NCBI GenBank assembly: GCA_965197475.1
Contig: CBDANF010000003.1
Location: 1,696,001-1,760,000 of the forward strand
From: Candidatus Poribacteria bacterium
GTDB taxonomy: Bacteria > Poribacteria > WGA-4E > WGA-3G
DNA: 64,000 nt
Direction: 5' to 3'
The translations under genes were made by a program, and so were the position numbers. Below the pieces are notes generated by a model. That model saw only the letters and a list, made by a program, of their open reading frames with translations, ran no database searches and had not been told where the DNA came from. Shown piece by piece: positions 41,655-51,717 of the stretch (the stretch's first letter is position 1; each line of letters starts with the position of its first letter).

Positions 41655-42068
41655 TCAAAGTTGGTCTTCAATCCATTCATTATCGTGGTCAGGATTATAA
41701 ATTAAGCCTTTTTTGATGTCAACACAAAGATCAAGGAGTTCCAAAATCATGTGCCCCACAAGGACAGGCGTATTCTTTGGTAAGTCTGTTACCCTTATAG
41801 TCTCCTTTCGTTCCAACACCGTAAATTCGACCGTTGAATAAATAATCCGGTCTACAATACCGTTTGCTGTCCTCGCTCGTGTCGTCCCGACAGGCATCAA
41901 ACCAAGTTGTTCAATGAGCGACTTCGGTAACGATAACCGAGTCGCTCCAGTATCAACAAGTGCATTTTCAACAGTGGCGCGCCGAACCTTTTCAGGTTTG
42001 ATAACGCCTGCGTTTGCCAAATTCAGATCTTTTAGATTGGTGAGTTCAATTTTTGTCGTATGTTTCAT
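41655..42068 (-). CDS. Retropepsin-like (clan AA) aspartic protease, copy 1
   Basis: ALVDTGAT, VLVG..LE.LDL. Confidence 0.88.
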   Translation of the reverse strand: MKHTTKIELTNLKDLNLANAGVIKPEKVRRATVENALVDTGATRLSLPKSLIEQLGLMPVGTTRARTANGIVDRIIYSTVEFTVLERKETIRVTDLPKNTPVLVGHMILELLDLCVDIKKGLIYNPDHDNEWIEDQL

Positions 42069-42200
42069 TTCAATGCCTCATAGGATGACAAAACATTTAT
42101 TTTATTGGAGTATGGTGACATAAATTGCGGAATCAGCATCTTCCTTGTCGCTTTGAACGTTTCTGCGGCCCTGAATATCCTGTTTACCATGCTGCTGTTA

Positions 42201-42614
42201 TTACCATTGCTCTTCAATCCATTCATTGTCATGATCTGGGTTATAAGTTAATCCTTTTCTGATATCAAGACAGAGGTCAAGCATTTCCAAAACCATGTGA
42301 CCCACCAGGACAGGCGCATTATTGGGCAAGTTGGTTACCTCCAGCGTTCCTGTTCGTTCAAGGACAGTAAATCGGACCTCCGAATAAATAGTCCGGTCTG
42401 CGATACCATTTGAGGTCATAGCTCTCGTCGTTCCAACGGGAGTCAACCCGAGTTGTTCAATAAGCGACTTCGGTAACGACAACCGAGTCGCCCCAGTATC
42501 AACAAGTGCATTTTCAACAGTGGCGCGCCGAACCTCTTTGGGTTTGATAACGTCTGCCTCTGCCAAAAATTGATCTTTTCGATTCACGAGTTCAATTTTA
42601 GTTGTATGTCTCAT
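42201..42614 (-). CDS. Retropepsin-like (clan AA) aspartic protease, copy 2
   Basis: ALVDTGAT; same length as and highly similar to copy 1. Confidence 0.88.
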   Translation of the reverse strand: MRHTTKIELVNRKDQFLAEADVIKPKEVRRATVENALVDTGATRLSLPKSLIEQLGLTPVGTTRAMTSNGIADRTIYSEVRFTVLERTGTLEVTNLPNNAPVLVGHMVLEMLDLCLDIRKGLTYNPDHDNEWIEEQW

Positions 42615-42791
42615 TTTCGACACCTTATTGGCTACCAAAAACAGTTGGCTTGTGTGTCTATGTTATGTTTTCTCCAAAAAATTTACACATCGCATATTTT
42701 AGAATCTGTTTATAAGCGTATCACAAAGGAAGAGGGATGTCAAGTTTTTTGAAAAGAAAAGGGGTGTAAATATTTTGTCAATTATGCGGAT

Positions 42792-42974
42792 TGTCTGAAC
42801 CAGGATTCTCAAGATTATAGGATTTCCAGGATTGTTGACGGTATAAATGTTTCTGAAACAGACAAGCAGATAGGAACTTCAAAACCTTTTGAAATGCTCT
42901 GGAGAATAAGCAGTTATCATTGAAGACACGATAATCCTGAAAATCTGTCCATCTTGTAAATCCTGGTTCAGACA
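42792..42974. repeat. MITE-like inverted-repeat element
   Basis: TGTCTGAACCAGGATT (42792-42807) and AATCCTGGTTCAGACA (42959-42974), with internal AGGATT/AATCCT sub-repeats. Confidence 0.65.
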
Positions 42975-42987
42975 GCAGCAGAAAACC

Positions 42988-45288
42988 TTACTTCCTTATC
43001 AACATCTTCCGCGTCGCAGTAAAATCCCCTGCTTTTAATGTATAGAAATACACACCACTGGCGACAGACTCACCAACTTCGTTCTTCCCATCCCAATGTG
43101 CCGCACGACTCTTGCCTTGATAGATACCGACAGACTTATGACCCAACGCCAAGGTGCGTACCACTGTGCCATCTACAGCATAGATAGTCACCTTCACATC
43201 TGCAGACTCTGCTAACTGATACGGTATCCACGTTTCTGGGTTGAATGGGTTTGGATAGTTCGGTAATAAGGATGTCTTTTTCGGGGTTAACGCTGCCAAA
43301 AGTTGTTGTAGAAAGAGAATTCCGCGCTGCGAGGTTGCATCTGTCAAGTTTAGCTGCTGTGCTTGGGATAGCCACTGCTGTACCTCTTCCCTTGTCGGAG
43401 CGATATCCATATTTTGACTTAACACCGCTGGCGCGGCTGCACCTCCACCTATCACACCAGCAACTTGAACCAGGTCCACGATGTTAACAACGTCATCTTC
43501 GTTAACATCTGCCGGATTACCTCCTTCCGGGACTTCTTGATTGAAACTTGATGCAACAAGAACTAAATCTGAAATGTTTACAACCCCATCCCTATTCACA
43601 TCTCCAAAAATCGGTTCAACTACCGATGCACTTTCAAAGGTAGGAATATAACGTAGTCCATCTGTGCCAATAAAGTGTCCTGAGACGCTCACAGTTGAGG
43701 CTTTGACATAGCGAACTTTAAACGTTCCAGTGAAAAGTGTACCGTCACCGTTGCCAACCCCGCCAGCAAGATAGTCTCCCCCGCTGCTTGAGATACGTTC
43801 AAGTGCTGTCCCATCGTAATCCCAAGTAAGGCGATAGTCTTTCACGTTTTGCCCACCGGCAATGTCAACGTTGAAAATGAGTTGTTGGTGACGAGCGGGT
43901 GACAACACTGAAGATGGCGTAACACTAACAACTGCGGATGAAGGAACCGGTGGTGGTTCAACTATCTTGCCGCCGCCGACCAAATGACTCAAACGGTTGC
44001 CGTCGCTGTCTGTGAGGATAACGTTAGAAAGATTGAGGTTTGATTCTTTCACATCAACAACTTCAAATGTGATGGTGGCGAGAATACCGTCACCGCTGCG
44101 GTCATTAGCGAAATTAGTAGCACCAAGCGTTACGTTATTATTCTCTACAATTGGTTGCACGAAATACGACCCTTCTGTTAGGTAATCGCCGTTAATGCTT
44201 GAAACATAACGGATCGCAGTGTGATCAAATTCTAAAGTAAGTTGGTATCCGCCTACCGTTTCCCCTTCAGTAATGTTTATGTTAATAGAAAACTCTTCAC
44301 CAATAACTGGTGACACTACGGGATTAGGTGTGATGCTAACCTTAGCGGGATACTTCCACAGTCGGATTGTGTTATCATCGCTTCCACTTGCGAATGTTTT
44401 TCCATCCGGACTAAAGGCAACGCTGTTGACATCATCCCTATGCTCTGTGAGTGTGCCCAGATGTTCACCTGTCTCAACATCCCACAAACGGATGGTATTG
44501 TCAGCACTTCCACTCACAAGTGTGTTTCCAATCGAGTTAAAGGAAATGCTCCAGATAACATTCTTATGCCCAATGAGGGTGTGCTTGATAGTACCTGCTG
44601 CAACATCCCACAAACGGATAGTACCGTTAGTACTGCTACTAGCAAGCGTTGCGCCATCAGGACTAAACACGACACTCCAGACATCACCTGTATGCTCTGG
44701 AAGGGTGTGATTGAGAACGCCTGTTGCAACATCCCACAGGCGGATGGTATTGTCCAAACTCCCACTTGCGAGTGTCTGTCCATCCGGACTGAACGCTACA
44801 CTATACACACCCCCCGTATGCCCTCTGAGCGTGTGCAGCGCTGCTCCCGTTGCCACATCCCACAGGCGGATTGTCCTGTCCGAACTCCCACTTGCGAGTG
44901 TCTGTCCATCCGGACTGAACGCAATGCTTAAGACACCCCCCGTATGCCCTCTGAGCGTGTGCAGTGCTGCTCCCGTTGCCACATCCCACAGGCGGATGGT
45001 CCTGTCCGAACTCCCACTTGCGAGTGTCTGTCCATCCGGACTGAAGGCTACACTCCAGACATTACTAGTATGCCCTCTAAGTGTTCGTAGGTGCGTTCCT
45101 GTCTCCACATCCCACAAGCGGATGGTCCTGTCCGAACTCCCACTTGCGAGTGTTTTTCCATCTGGACTGAACGCTACACTATACACATAACCCGTATGCC
45201 CTTTAAGGACGGTGGATGGAATATATTGGGCAAAGGTGTTTAGGGAAAACACGGTTAAAAGAATGAGTATCGTCAAAGTTGTTTTCAT
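42988..45288 (-). CDS. Secreted WD40 + cohesin + dockerin protein with FlgD-Ig/secretion-type C-terminal domain
   Basis: Signal peptide, 7 GH..WD repeats, two cohesin-like segments, GDVNRDGVVNISDL, LPNYPNPFNPETWIPYQL..WDGKNE..SGVYFY. Confidence 0.9.
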   Translation of the reverse strand: MKTTLTILILLTVFSLNTFAQYIPSTVLKGHTGYVYSVAFSPDGKTLASGSSDRTIRLWDVETGTHLRTLRGHTSNVWSVAFSPDGQTLASGSSDRTIRLWDVATGAALHTLRGHTGGVLSIAFSPDGQTLASGSSDRTIRLWDVATGAALHTLRGHTGGVYSVAFSPDGQTLASGSLDNTIRLWDVATGVLNHTLPEHTGDVWSVVFSPDGATLASSSTNGTIRLWDVAAGTIKHTLIGHKNVIWSISFNSIGNTLVSGSADNTIRLWDVETGEHLGTLTEHRDDVNSVAFSPDGKTFASGSDDNTIRLWKYPAKVSITPNPVVSPVIGEEFSININITEGETVGGYQLTLEFDHTAIRYVSSINGDYLTEGSYFVQPIVENNNVTLGATNFANDRSGDGILATITFEVVDVKESNLNLSNVILTDSDGNRLSHLVGGGKIVEPPPVPSSAVVSVTPSSVLSPARHQQLIFNVDIAGGQNVKDYRLTWDYDGTALERISSSGGDYLAGGVGNGDGTLFTGTFKVRYVKASTVSVSGHFIGTDGLRYIPTFESASVVEPIFGDVNRDGVVNISDLVLVASSFNQEVPEGGNPADVNEDDVVNIVDLVQVAGVIGGGAAAPAVLSQNMDIAPTREEVQQWLSQAQQLNLTDATSQRGILFLQQLLAALTPKKTSLLPNYPNPFNPETWIPYQLAESADVKVTIYAVDGTVVRTLALGHKSVGIYQGKSRAAHWDGKNEVGESVASGVYFYTLKAGDFTATRKMLIRK

Positions 45289-45379
45289 AGTAAAATTCTC
45301 CTTTTGGTTTTATATTTCAGGTCTAACGGATTATAAGCTGCTTTTTATGGGAAGTCTATAATTAAGTAGACACATTTAC

Positions 45380-45444
45380 TGTAGGAGCGATCTCCGAATC
45401 GCGACGGAGCACTTTGTTAGTCGGGAATCGGAGTTCCCTCCTAC
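45380..45444. repeat. REP doublet (REPIN-like)
   Basis: GTAGGAGCGATCTCCGAATCGCGAC ... GTCGGGAATCGGAGTTCCCTCCTAC, an imperfect inverted pair with GTAG ends. Confidence 0.65.
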
Positions 45445-45903
45445 CATCTCTGTGAATCAACGCCAAACATGAGTGGTGCAGAATACGCGTTTGGTTTTCT
45501 GTATGATTTTGGCGGAGGCGATCTCCGAACACAATTATCACATCCACTGAATAATATCTGCAATACTATCCATATCAAGACAATTACACATCAAGACAAT
45601 TACATAATTTTTTATAAAAAAGTTAATATATGTCTTAATAAGGTTATTTTACCAAATTTTGACTCACTATGTCAATCTTAAATTTGTAGACTTTTTTGCT
45701 TGAAAAATGTACAGTGCTATCAATTTGTTGGGAAGGCTAAATGACCTTTACAATCTGCATTTTTAGTAACGAAAGATGAAGATATTTCGTTTTATGTCAT
45801 GTTTTAGATACTTTAAAAAAACAAATGAGAGTTCATATTTCCGCATATTATTAGGGGAGTTTGCGGACTACGTCATAATAAAACATGCGGAGGAGTAAAA
45901 TTC

Positions 45904-47313
45904 ATGAAACCGTGTTCTGTATGGACGGTAATTCTCTTATTTGCAGTCCTGTTTTCAGGCTGCACTACAATAACAAGTTATAATGAGTTAGCTGATAGAC
46001 ATTACGACTACACAAGCGGAGAAAAAAACACTACTCTTGATGAATGGCGGACGCTAATTTCAGAGTTTAAAAACATCATTCGCGACGATACACAAAGTGC
46101 TTTGGCAGATGATGCACAGTATGCTATCGCTTCTTGTTGGGTTTGGTGTATCAAACTTGGAGATGCAGAGGCACCGCAACACGCCATTGCAGCATTCCGA
46201 AGCCTCATCTATACCTATCCTGATTCGGAACATTTACCCCAGGCACACTTTTGGATCGCCCAGTGCTACACGATGATAGGTGATTCCGCCCGCGCAGCAC
46301 ATCATTACCAGATTGTTACAAACCGATATGCGGATGCAGATATCGCAGCAGAAGCGCAGTTGGCGTTAGGTCGCACTTATGCACAGCAGGGATACGACAG
46401 ACGTGCAGAAACGGTATACGTTGACATTGTGGGATCCGCAGCGAAGAAGGAAATAGTTACCACCGCATCTGAAGAACTTAAGGGACTGAAGACACAACAG
46501 AACCAGACGACACCATCCGATGAAACACCCTCTCAACCGAAAGTCCAACCTGATCCAGAGACGTTAACACCTGGATCCTTGACACGTGAATTTGGATTAA
46601 CTGCCAAGACGATTGTTATAGACGCTGGACACGGCGGGAAAGATCCAGGGGGAGGCAGCGCGGGAAATCTCATAGAAAAACCTATTGTGCTTAGCATTTC
46701 AAAAAAAATCGGGGCAATTTTAACTGCAAAAGGCTATACTGTTCTGCTAACACGAGATACTGATCGCTTTATTCCGTTGAAGGAGCGAACAGCGTTTGCT
46801 ACGAAACATAAAGCGGATCTGTTTCTGAGCATTCATGCAAATGCAAGTGGAGATTCGAGAGCCAACGGTATTGAAACCTACTATTTAGATGTAGCGAGTA
46901 CGGATAAAAACGCTGAAATCATCGCTGCACGAGAAAATGCAAACTCCGGTTACAGTATCCAAGAATTGGAATCACTTTTAAAAGGATTGATAGTAGAGAG
47001 TAAAAGTAAAGATAGCCGTCGATTGGCAAAACATGTGCAGCAGGAATTGGTTGCAGCAACAGGTGCAGCAGATCGTGGAGTTAAACACGCTCGTTTTGTG
47101 GTGCTTATCGGAACGCGTGTTCCCGCTATCCTGATTGAAACGGGATTCGTAACGAATCAGACAGAAGGGAAAAAACTCACATCGGCTGCTTATCAACAGA
47201 AGTTAGCTAATGCTATCGTTCGAGGCGTTGAAAAGTTTTTAGGGAATGCTGGGCAAATCAGCCAAGATAATTCTGATCAACCCAACAAATATTTGGCAAC
47301 AACAGAACGTTAG
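45904..47313 (+). CDS. N-acetylmuramoyl-L-alanine amidase (Amidase_3) lipoprotein with N-terminal TPR
   Basis: Lipobox FSGC; TPR-like helices; IDAGHGGKDPG, FLSIHANA, ILIETGF. Confidence 0.9.
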   Translation: MKPCSVWTVILLFAVLFSGCTTITSYNELADRHYDYTSGEKNTTLDEWRTLISEFKNIIRDDTQSALADDAQYAIASCWVWCIKLGDAEAPQHAIAAFRSLIYTYPDSEHLPQAHFWIAQCYTMIGDSARAAHHYQIVTNRYADADIAAEAQLALGRTYAQQGYDRRAETVYVDIVGSAAKKEIVTTASEELKGLKTQQNQTTPSDETPSQPKVQPDPETLTPGSLTREFGLTAKTIVIDAGHGGKDPGGGSAGNLIEKPIVLSISKKIGAILTAKGYTVLLTRDTDRFIPLKERTAFATKHKADLFLSIHANASGDSRANGIETYYLDVASTDKNAEIIAARENANSGYSIQELESLLKGLIVESKSKDSRRLAKHVQQELVAATGAADRGVKHARFVVLIGTRVPAILIETGFVTNQTEGKKLTSAAYQQKLANAIVRGVEKFLGNAGQISQDNSDQPNKYLATTER

Positions 47314-47366
47314 GTAAACGGATATGGATGTGAAACCGGCAAACCATTTGCTGAGGAAACCCGGTT

Positions 47367-49403
47367 ATGTTTTTTAATGTCTTTCATCGGAAAAAATTAT
47401 GGTTTAGGACCTTTCCCACAGATATCATATTTATCCTCGTGTTAGTTCTCGTCTGCTGTACCGGAGAGTTAACCAACACTGCTGCACAACAGACAGATCT
47501 TGCCATCCTCTTACCATCAACAGCGTCTGGTATAGCAGAGGCAGATGTAAACTATGCCCGTTCTGTCAGTAAACGGTTCGTCCGCATGCTGAATAGCATC
47601 GGTTTTTCTGCTGACGAATTGAAGGAGGAATCTGCCCACACTGTTCCTCGTTTACAAGCCACATCTTCCAATCCGTATCGTTTGATTATCCTACCTTTGA
47701 ACCCAAAAATACGACCAGAAACCGCCACCATTCTGAAAGACTTTGTCGCACGCGGTGGAAAACTATTTGTGACCTATAACCTTGCCGATGAAGTGGGGTT
47801 ACTTCTGAATTTACACAGTAAAAAGTGGCTCCGCGCGGAAGTCCCCGGTCAGTTTTCTTCTGTTCAATTTGACACATCTGAGATATTAGGAGTCCCGACA
47901 TCTGTTCGACAGATATCGTGGAATATCACGGTGGCAGAATCGACAAACGCACAAACAAAAGTTATCGGACACTGGCACAATGCCAGGGGCGAATCCACTG
48001 GGTATCCCGCGTTTTTCGTAGGCGAGGCAGGCGCGTTTTTCAGTCACGTTTTCCTTCCTGATGATATCCAAACCAAAACGCAACTCTTTGCCGCACTTCT
48101 CGGACATCTGGTCCCCGAATTTCAGCATGCAATCGCAAAACGCGAATTGGATGCAACAACCGTTGGACACATAAATGACCTTGATACTTTAACGAAATTT
48201 GTAGCGTATGGTGGGGTTTCAGAAGCAAAGGAAGCATTGCAATCAGGTAAAACCTTGACAACTCAAGCGCGAACTAAATATACTCAGAAGGATTATCATG
48301 CATCTATGACAGCAGCTCGTGCAAGTAGAGAGACACTTTCAAAAGCATATTTTCTCTCCCATCTCAGCGATGAGACGGAAGGACGTGCCTTGTGGAATCA
48401 TTCTGGGCTTGGCGCATATCCCGGTGACTGGGAACGTTCCGCTAAGGAATTAGCTGCTGCTGGCATCAATATGATTCTTCCAAATATGGCATGGGGTGGT
48501 GTGGCACATTACGATAGCAGTGTGTTGCCACATAGTAAGACCTTTGAGCAATACGGTGACCAAATTGCACAATGCGTGAAAGCCTCACATAAGCACAAGT
48601 TGCAGGTTCATGTATGGAAGATAACGTGGAATTTGGAAGGTGCCCCAAAAGAGTTTGTGGAAGAACTCCGGGCTGCGGGACGAACTCAGGTCTCTGCTAC
48701 CGGCAACCCTCTCAATTGGCTCTGCCCTTCGCATCCAGAAAACGTCAAGTTGGAATTGAGTAGTATCATGGAAATTGTGCGGAACTACGATGTTGATGGA
48801 ATCCACCTTGATTATATCCGTTATCCGGGAAGTCATGCCTGCTATTGCCAAGAGTGCCGTAAAAGGTTCATGCTCGCGACAAGACAACATATTAAGGAAT
48901 GGCCCGCACCTGTACTGCCTGGTTCGGGACAACACCGGAAAGCATATACCGAATGGCGCGCGCAACAGATCACCCGCTTAGTACGTTTAATCCACAAACG
49001 TGCACGTGAGATAAAACCTGATATCAAGGTTTCCGCCGCTGTTTTTGGCAGCTATCCCTCATGTGTCACCTCTATTGGACAGGATTGGATTGCCTGGGCA
49101 AAAGCAGGTTATGTTGACTTCGTTTGCCCGATGAACTATACTGAAAATACCAAATATTTCACTGACCTGTTAGAGAAGCAGCTTGCCTTTATGCCAAAAG
49201 GCGTGGCGATTTATCCTGGTATCGGTGCCACTGCTTCTAATTCACTCCTTACACCTGATGCCGTGATTGGTCAGATTCACCTTGCACGGTTCTTAGGTGC
49301 TTCCGGCTGGACAATCTTCAACTATTCAGTCAATATCTCAGATACCATCCTTCCTGCTATCCAAATGGGAGTCGGTAAGCGAAAAGCCGAACCTCCACAT
49401 TGA
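47367..49403 (+). CDS. GHL10 (DUF187)-like glycoside hydrolase
   Basis: LQVHVW, WLCPSHP, YDVDGIHLDYIRYP, QDW..W, PMNY. Confidence 0.85.
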   Translation: MFFNVFHRKKLWFRTFPTDIIFILVLVLVCCTGELTNTAAQQTDLAILLPSTASGIAEADVNYARSVSKRFVRMLNSIGFSADELKEESAHTVPRLQATSSNPYRLIILPLNPKIRPETATILKDFVARGGKLFVTYNLADEVGLLLNLHSKKWLRAEVPGQFSSVQFDTSEILGVPTSVRQISWNITVAESTNAQTKVIGHWHNARGESTGYPAFFVGEAGAFFSHVFLPDDIQTKTQLFAALLGHLVPEFQHAIAKRELDATTVGHINDLDTLTKFVAYGGVSEAKEALQSGKTLTTQARTKYTQKDYHASMTAARASRETLSKAYFLSHLSDETEGRALWNHSGLGAYPGDWERSAKELAAAGINMILPNMAWGGVAHYDSSVLPHSKTFEQYGDQIAQCVKASHKHKLQVHVWKITWNLEGAPKEFVEELRAAGRTQVSATGNPLNWLCPSHPENVKLELSSIMEIVRNYDVDGIHLDYIRYPGSHACYCQECRKRFMLATRQHIKEWPAPVLPGSGQHRKAYTEWRAQQITRLVRLIHKRAREIKPDIKVSAAVFGSYPSCVTSIGQDWIAWAKAGYVDFVCPMNYTENTKYFTDLLEKQLAFMPKGVAIYPGIGATASNSLLTPDAVIGQIHLARFLGASGWTIFNYSVNISDTILPAIQMGVGKRKAEPPH

Positions 49404-49546
49404 TTCTGTTCATGCTTGTTCTCTTATAATTATTGGCATTACTATAACCATTTTGCAATGCGGTTAGGTTTGACTACGTTCAACTCAGATCATCTAAAAT
49501 CTACTTGACCGTTGCTGAAAAATTGTGTAAACTATAGAAAGTTGAG

Positions 49547-49849
49547 GTGTATATGTGGCACGTTACCGATAAATGGGGTAACCGCATTGAGTTGACAGAT
49601 GAAAGATGGCATCACATCCTTGAAAATCATTGGGAATTGAGACACTATCTTAATGAGGTGCTTTTAACTGTCCGAACTGGTAGAAGAAAACAGGCACCGA
49701 TGGATCCTTATAAATACACATATTATAAGGATTTTGATAACCTTCCTCACAATTATACTTGCATTGTTGTTATTGTTAAATTGATTCGGAACAACTTCAT
49801 TATAACTGCATATCCTATAAGAAAAAGGAACTCAGATGAATCACGATAA
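49547..49849 (+). CDS. Putative RelE-like/DUF4258-like toxin
   Basis: IELTDERWHHI..H, C-terminal FIITAYP; overlaps a DUF2283 gene. Confidence 0.65.
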   Translation: MYMWHVTDKWGNRIELTDERWHHILENHWELRHYLNEVLLTVRTGRRKQAPMDPYKYTYYKDFDNLPHNYTCIVVIVKLIRNNFIITAYPIRKRNSDESR

Positions 49850-50090
49850 AGATGGGCTTAAAATTGTCTATGATCAGGAAGCTGATGTGCTTTATGTGAC
49901 ACGAGGCCAACCCGAATATACCGACTATGTTGAATACGCTGATGATTTGATTCTGCGGTTTCACCCTGAGACGAAACAACTTGTGGGATTCACTCTTGTT
50001 GATTTTTCGAAACATTTTGCTAAAAAAGACTCGGACATCGCGCTGCCCTTCGGCGTTGATTTTCAGATGCATGGAGAGCTACCCACTTGA
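49836..50090 (+). CDS. DUF2283 family putative antitoxin
   Basis: YDQEADVLYV, LVGFTL. Confidence 0.8.
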   Translation: MNHDKDGLKIVYDQEADVLYVTRGQPEYTDYVEYADDLILRFHPETKQLVGFTLVDFSKHFAKKDSDIALPFGVDFQMHGELPT

Positions 50091-50126
50091 AACACAGATT
50101 ATCAGTAAAAAGGAGATTATTGCAGC

Positions 50127-51596
50127 ATGGCTCAAAAACCAAATATCCTATTTCTCCAGAGTGATGAACACAGTCCACACGCTATCGGGTGTGAAGGCAA
50201 CGATATTGTACAAACACCGAATCTTGATCGGCTTGCGGAATCTGGCACTTACTTTGATGGGGCATACTGCCAATTCCCACTTTGCACACCTTCACGGATG
50301 TGTATGCTGACAGGAAAATACGCACATCGATGCTCCGCTTGGAATAACGGTTCTATCCTGTTTCCTGAACATCTCACGATACCAGCACATTTCGCAGGAC
50401 ACGGCTACGCTACAGCACTCGTCGGAAAAATGCACTTTGGCGGTAAAGAACAGCACAACGGTTTTCAATCGCGTCCTTATGGCGATCTGCGCGGACGTGC
50501 CGGACATCAACGTGACCCTTTGCGAGGAGGTTCCGGTAACCGCACACGCACGCAAGACGCTGGCATCACAGAAATCCCATCGAGCCTTCTGCAAGAACGG
50601 GTAATCAACGAAGAAACGATTGAATACTTAAGGTCTCAACCTGCTGATCAACCGTGGTTCCTCCTGGCAAGTTATAGTCGTCCTCACTTCCCACTCACTG
50701 CCCCTAAGAGACTTTTCGACAAATACTATCCCGATAATGTGGACATGCCGAATATCCCACCGGGGCATTTGGAACAGACACACCGTTATGCGAAAGGGCT
50801 ACGGAAGAACTTCAATACAGCAGCTATTCCGGAGGAAGAGGCACGGAAGGCACGTGCGGCATACTATGCATGCTGCGAATTTTTGGATGAATGTATCGGT
50901 GATTTACTGACGATCTTGGAGCGCGACGGTCTGTTAGAGAATACAATTATCGTTTACACCACCGACCACGGTGAAATGGCTGGCGAGCATGGACAATGGT
51001 GGAAATCCAGTTATTATGAAGCAGCAGCACGAGTTCCACTTATTATACACGACAGACGATCAGAAGACACCTTCAGCAGACGCGTCAATTTGCCTGTTGA
51101 ATTAAACGACCTATTTCCGACTTTATGCGCAAGAGCAGGTATCCCAATTCCAAATGGTTTGGACGGATCGGATCTGTCAAACCTGATGTCAGGAAATACT
51201 GATGGCTGGCGCAATACTGCCATCAGTGAATACTGGGCAAACCAAACAACCGGACCGATGCGTATGTTGAGAGTGCCCCGCTATAAATATGTCGCTTTCC
51301 CTGAAGACGAATCCATCTTGTTTGATTTGGAAAATGACCCTGACGAATTTGAGAATATTGCAGGAAAGTCTGAAAAGAGCGAATTGGAAGCATCCTTGCA
51401 TGAACAACTGATGGCAGGGTTCTCATGGGAATCTGTCGAAAATCAGAAAAACGCTGATAAAGAACGCAGTAAAGATTGGGCAGCACCGTGGAGCGGCGGC
51501 ACCCCGAATCAATATACGTTACCGGATGGCAGAATTGTTGACGCAGAACTCTGTCTCTATAACCCTGTCCTTCGTGATGAGACCGATGAAAATTAA
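50127..51596 (+). CDS. Sulfatase (choline-sulfatase-like)
   Basis: PNILFLQSDEH, CTPSR, GKMH, PHFP, TDHGE. Confidence 0.92.
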   Translation: MAQKPNILFLQSDEHSPHAIGCEGNDIVQTPNLDRLAESGTYFDGAYCQFPLCTPSRMCMLTGKYAHRCSAWNNGSILFPEHLTIPAHFAGHGYATALVGKMHFGGKEQHNGFQSRPYGDLRGRAGHQRDPLRGGSGNRTRTQDAGITEIPSSLLQERVINEETIEYLRSQPADQPWFLLASYSRPHFPLTAPKRLFDKYYPDNVDMPNIPPGHLEQTHRYAKGLRKNFNTAAIPEEEARKARAAYYACCEFLDECIGDLLTILERDGLLENTIIVYTTDHGEMAGEHGQWWKSSYYEAAARVPLIIHDRRSEDTFSRRVNLPVELNDLFPTLCARAGIPIPNGLDGSDLSNLMSGNTDGWRNTAISEYWANQTTGPMRMLRVPRYKYVAFPEDESILFDLENDPDEFENIAGKSEKSELEASLHEQLMAGFSWESVENQKNADKERSKDWAAPWSGGTPNQYTLPDGRIVDAELCLYNPVLRDETDEN

Positions 51597-51717
51597 GAAA
51601 AATAGTTAAGTGGGCGGTGTGTAGCACGGTGAGAAGAATCAGCTTCGCACCGCGCCAGGCGGTTCAATCTATATTGAAATGTTTTGAACCGAATATCCAT
51701 CGTAGGGAAACTTCAAT

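Noticed and set aside
44730-45200. Possible CRISPR array or DGR template/variable repeats
   Set aside because: These are in-frame 126-bp coding repeats without unique spacers; no cas or reverse transcriptase in the window; differences are not obviously adenine-specific.
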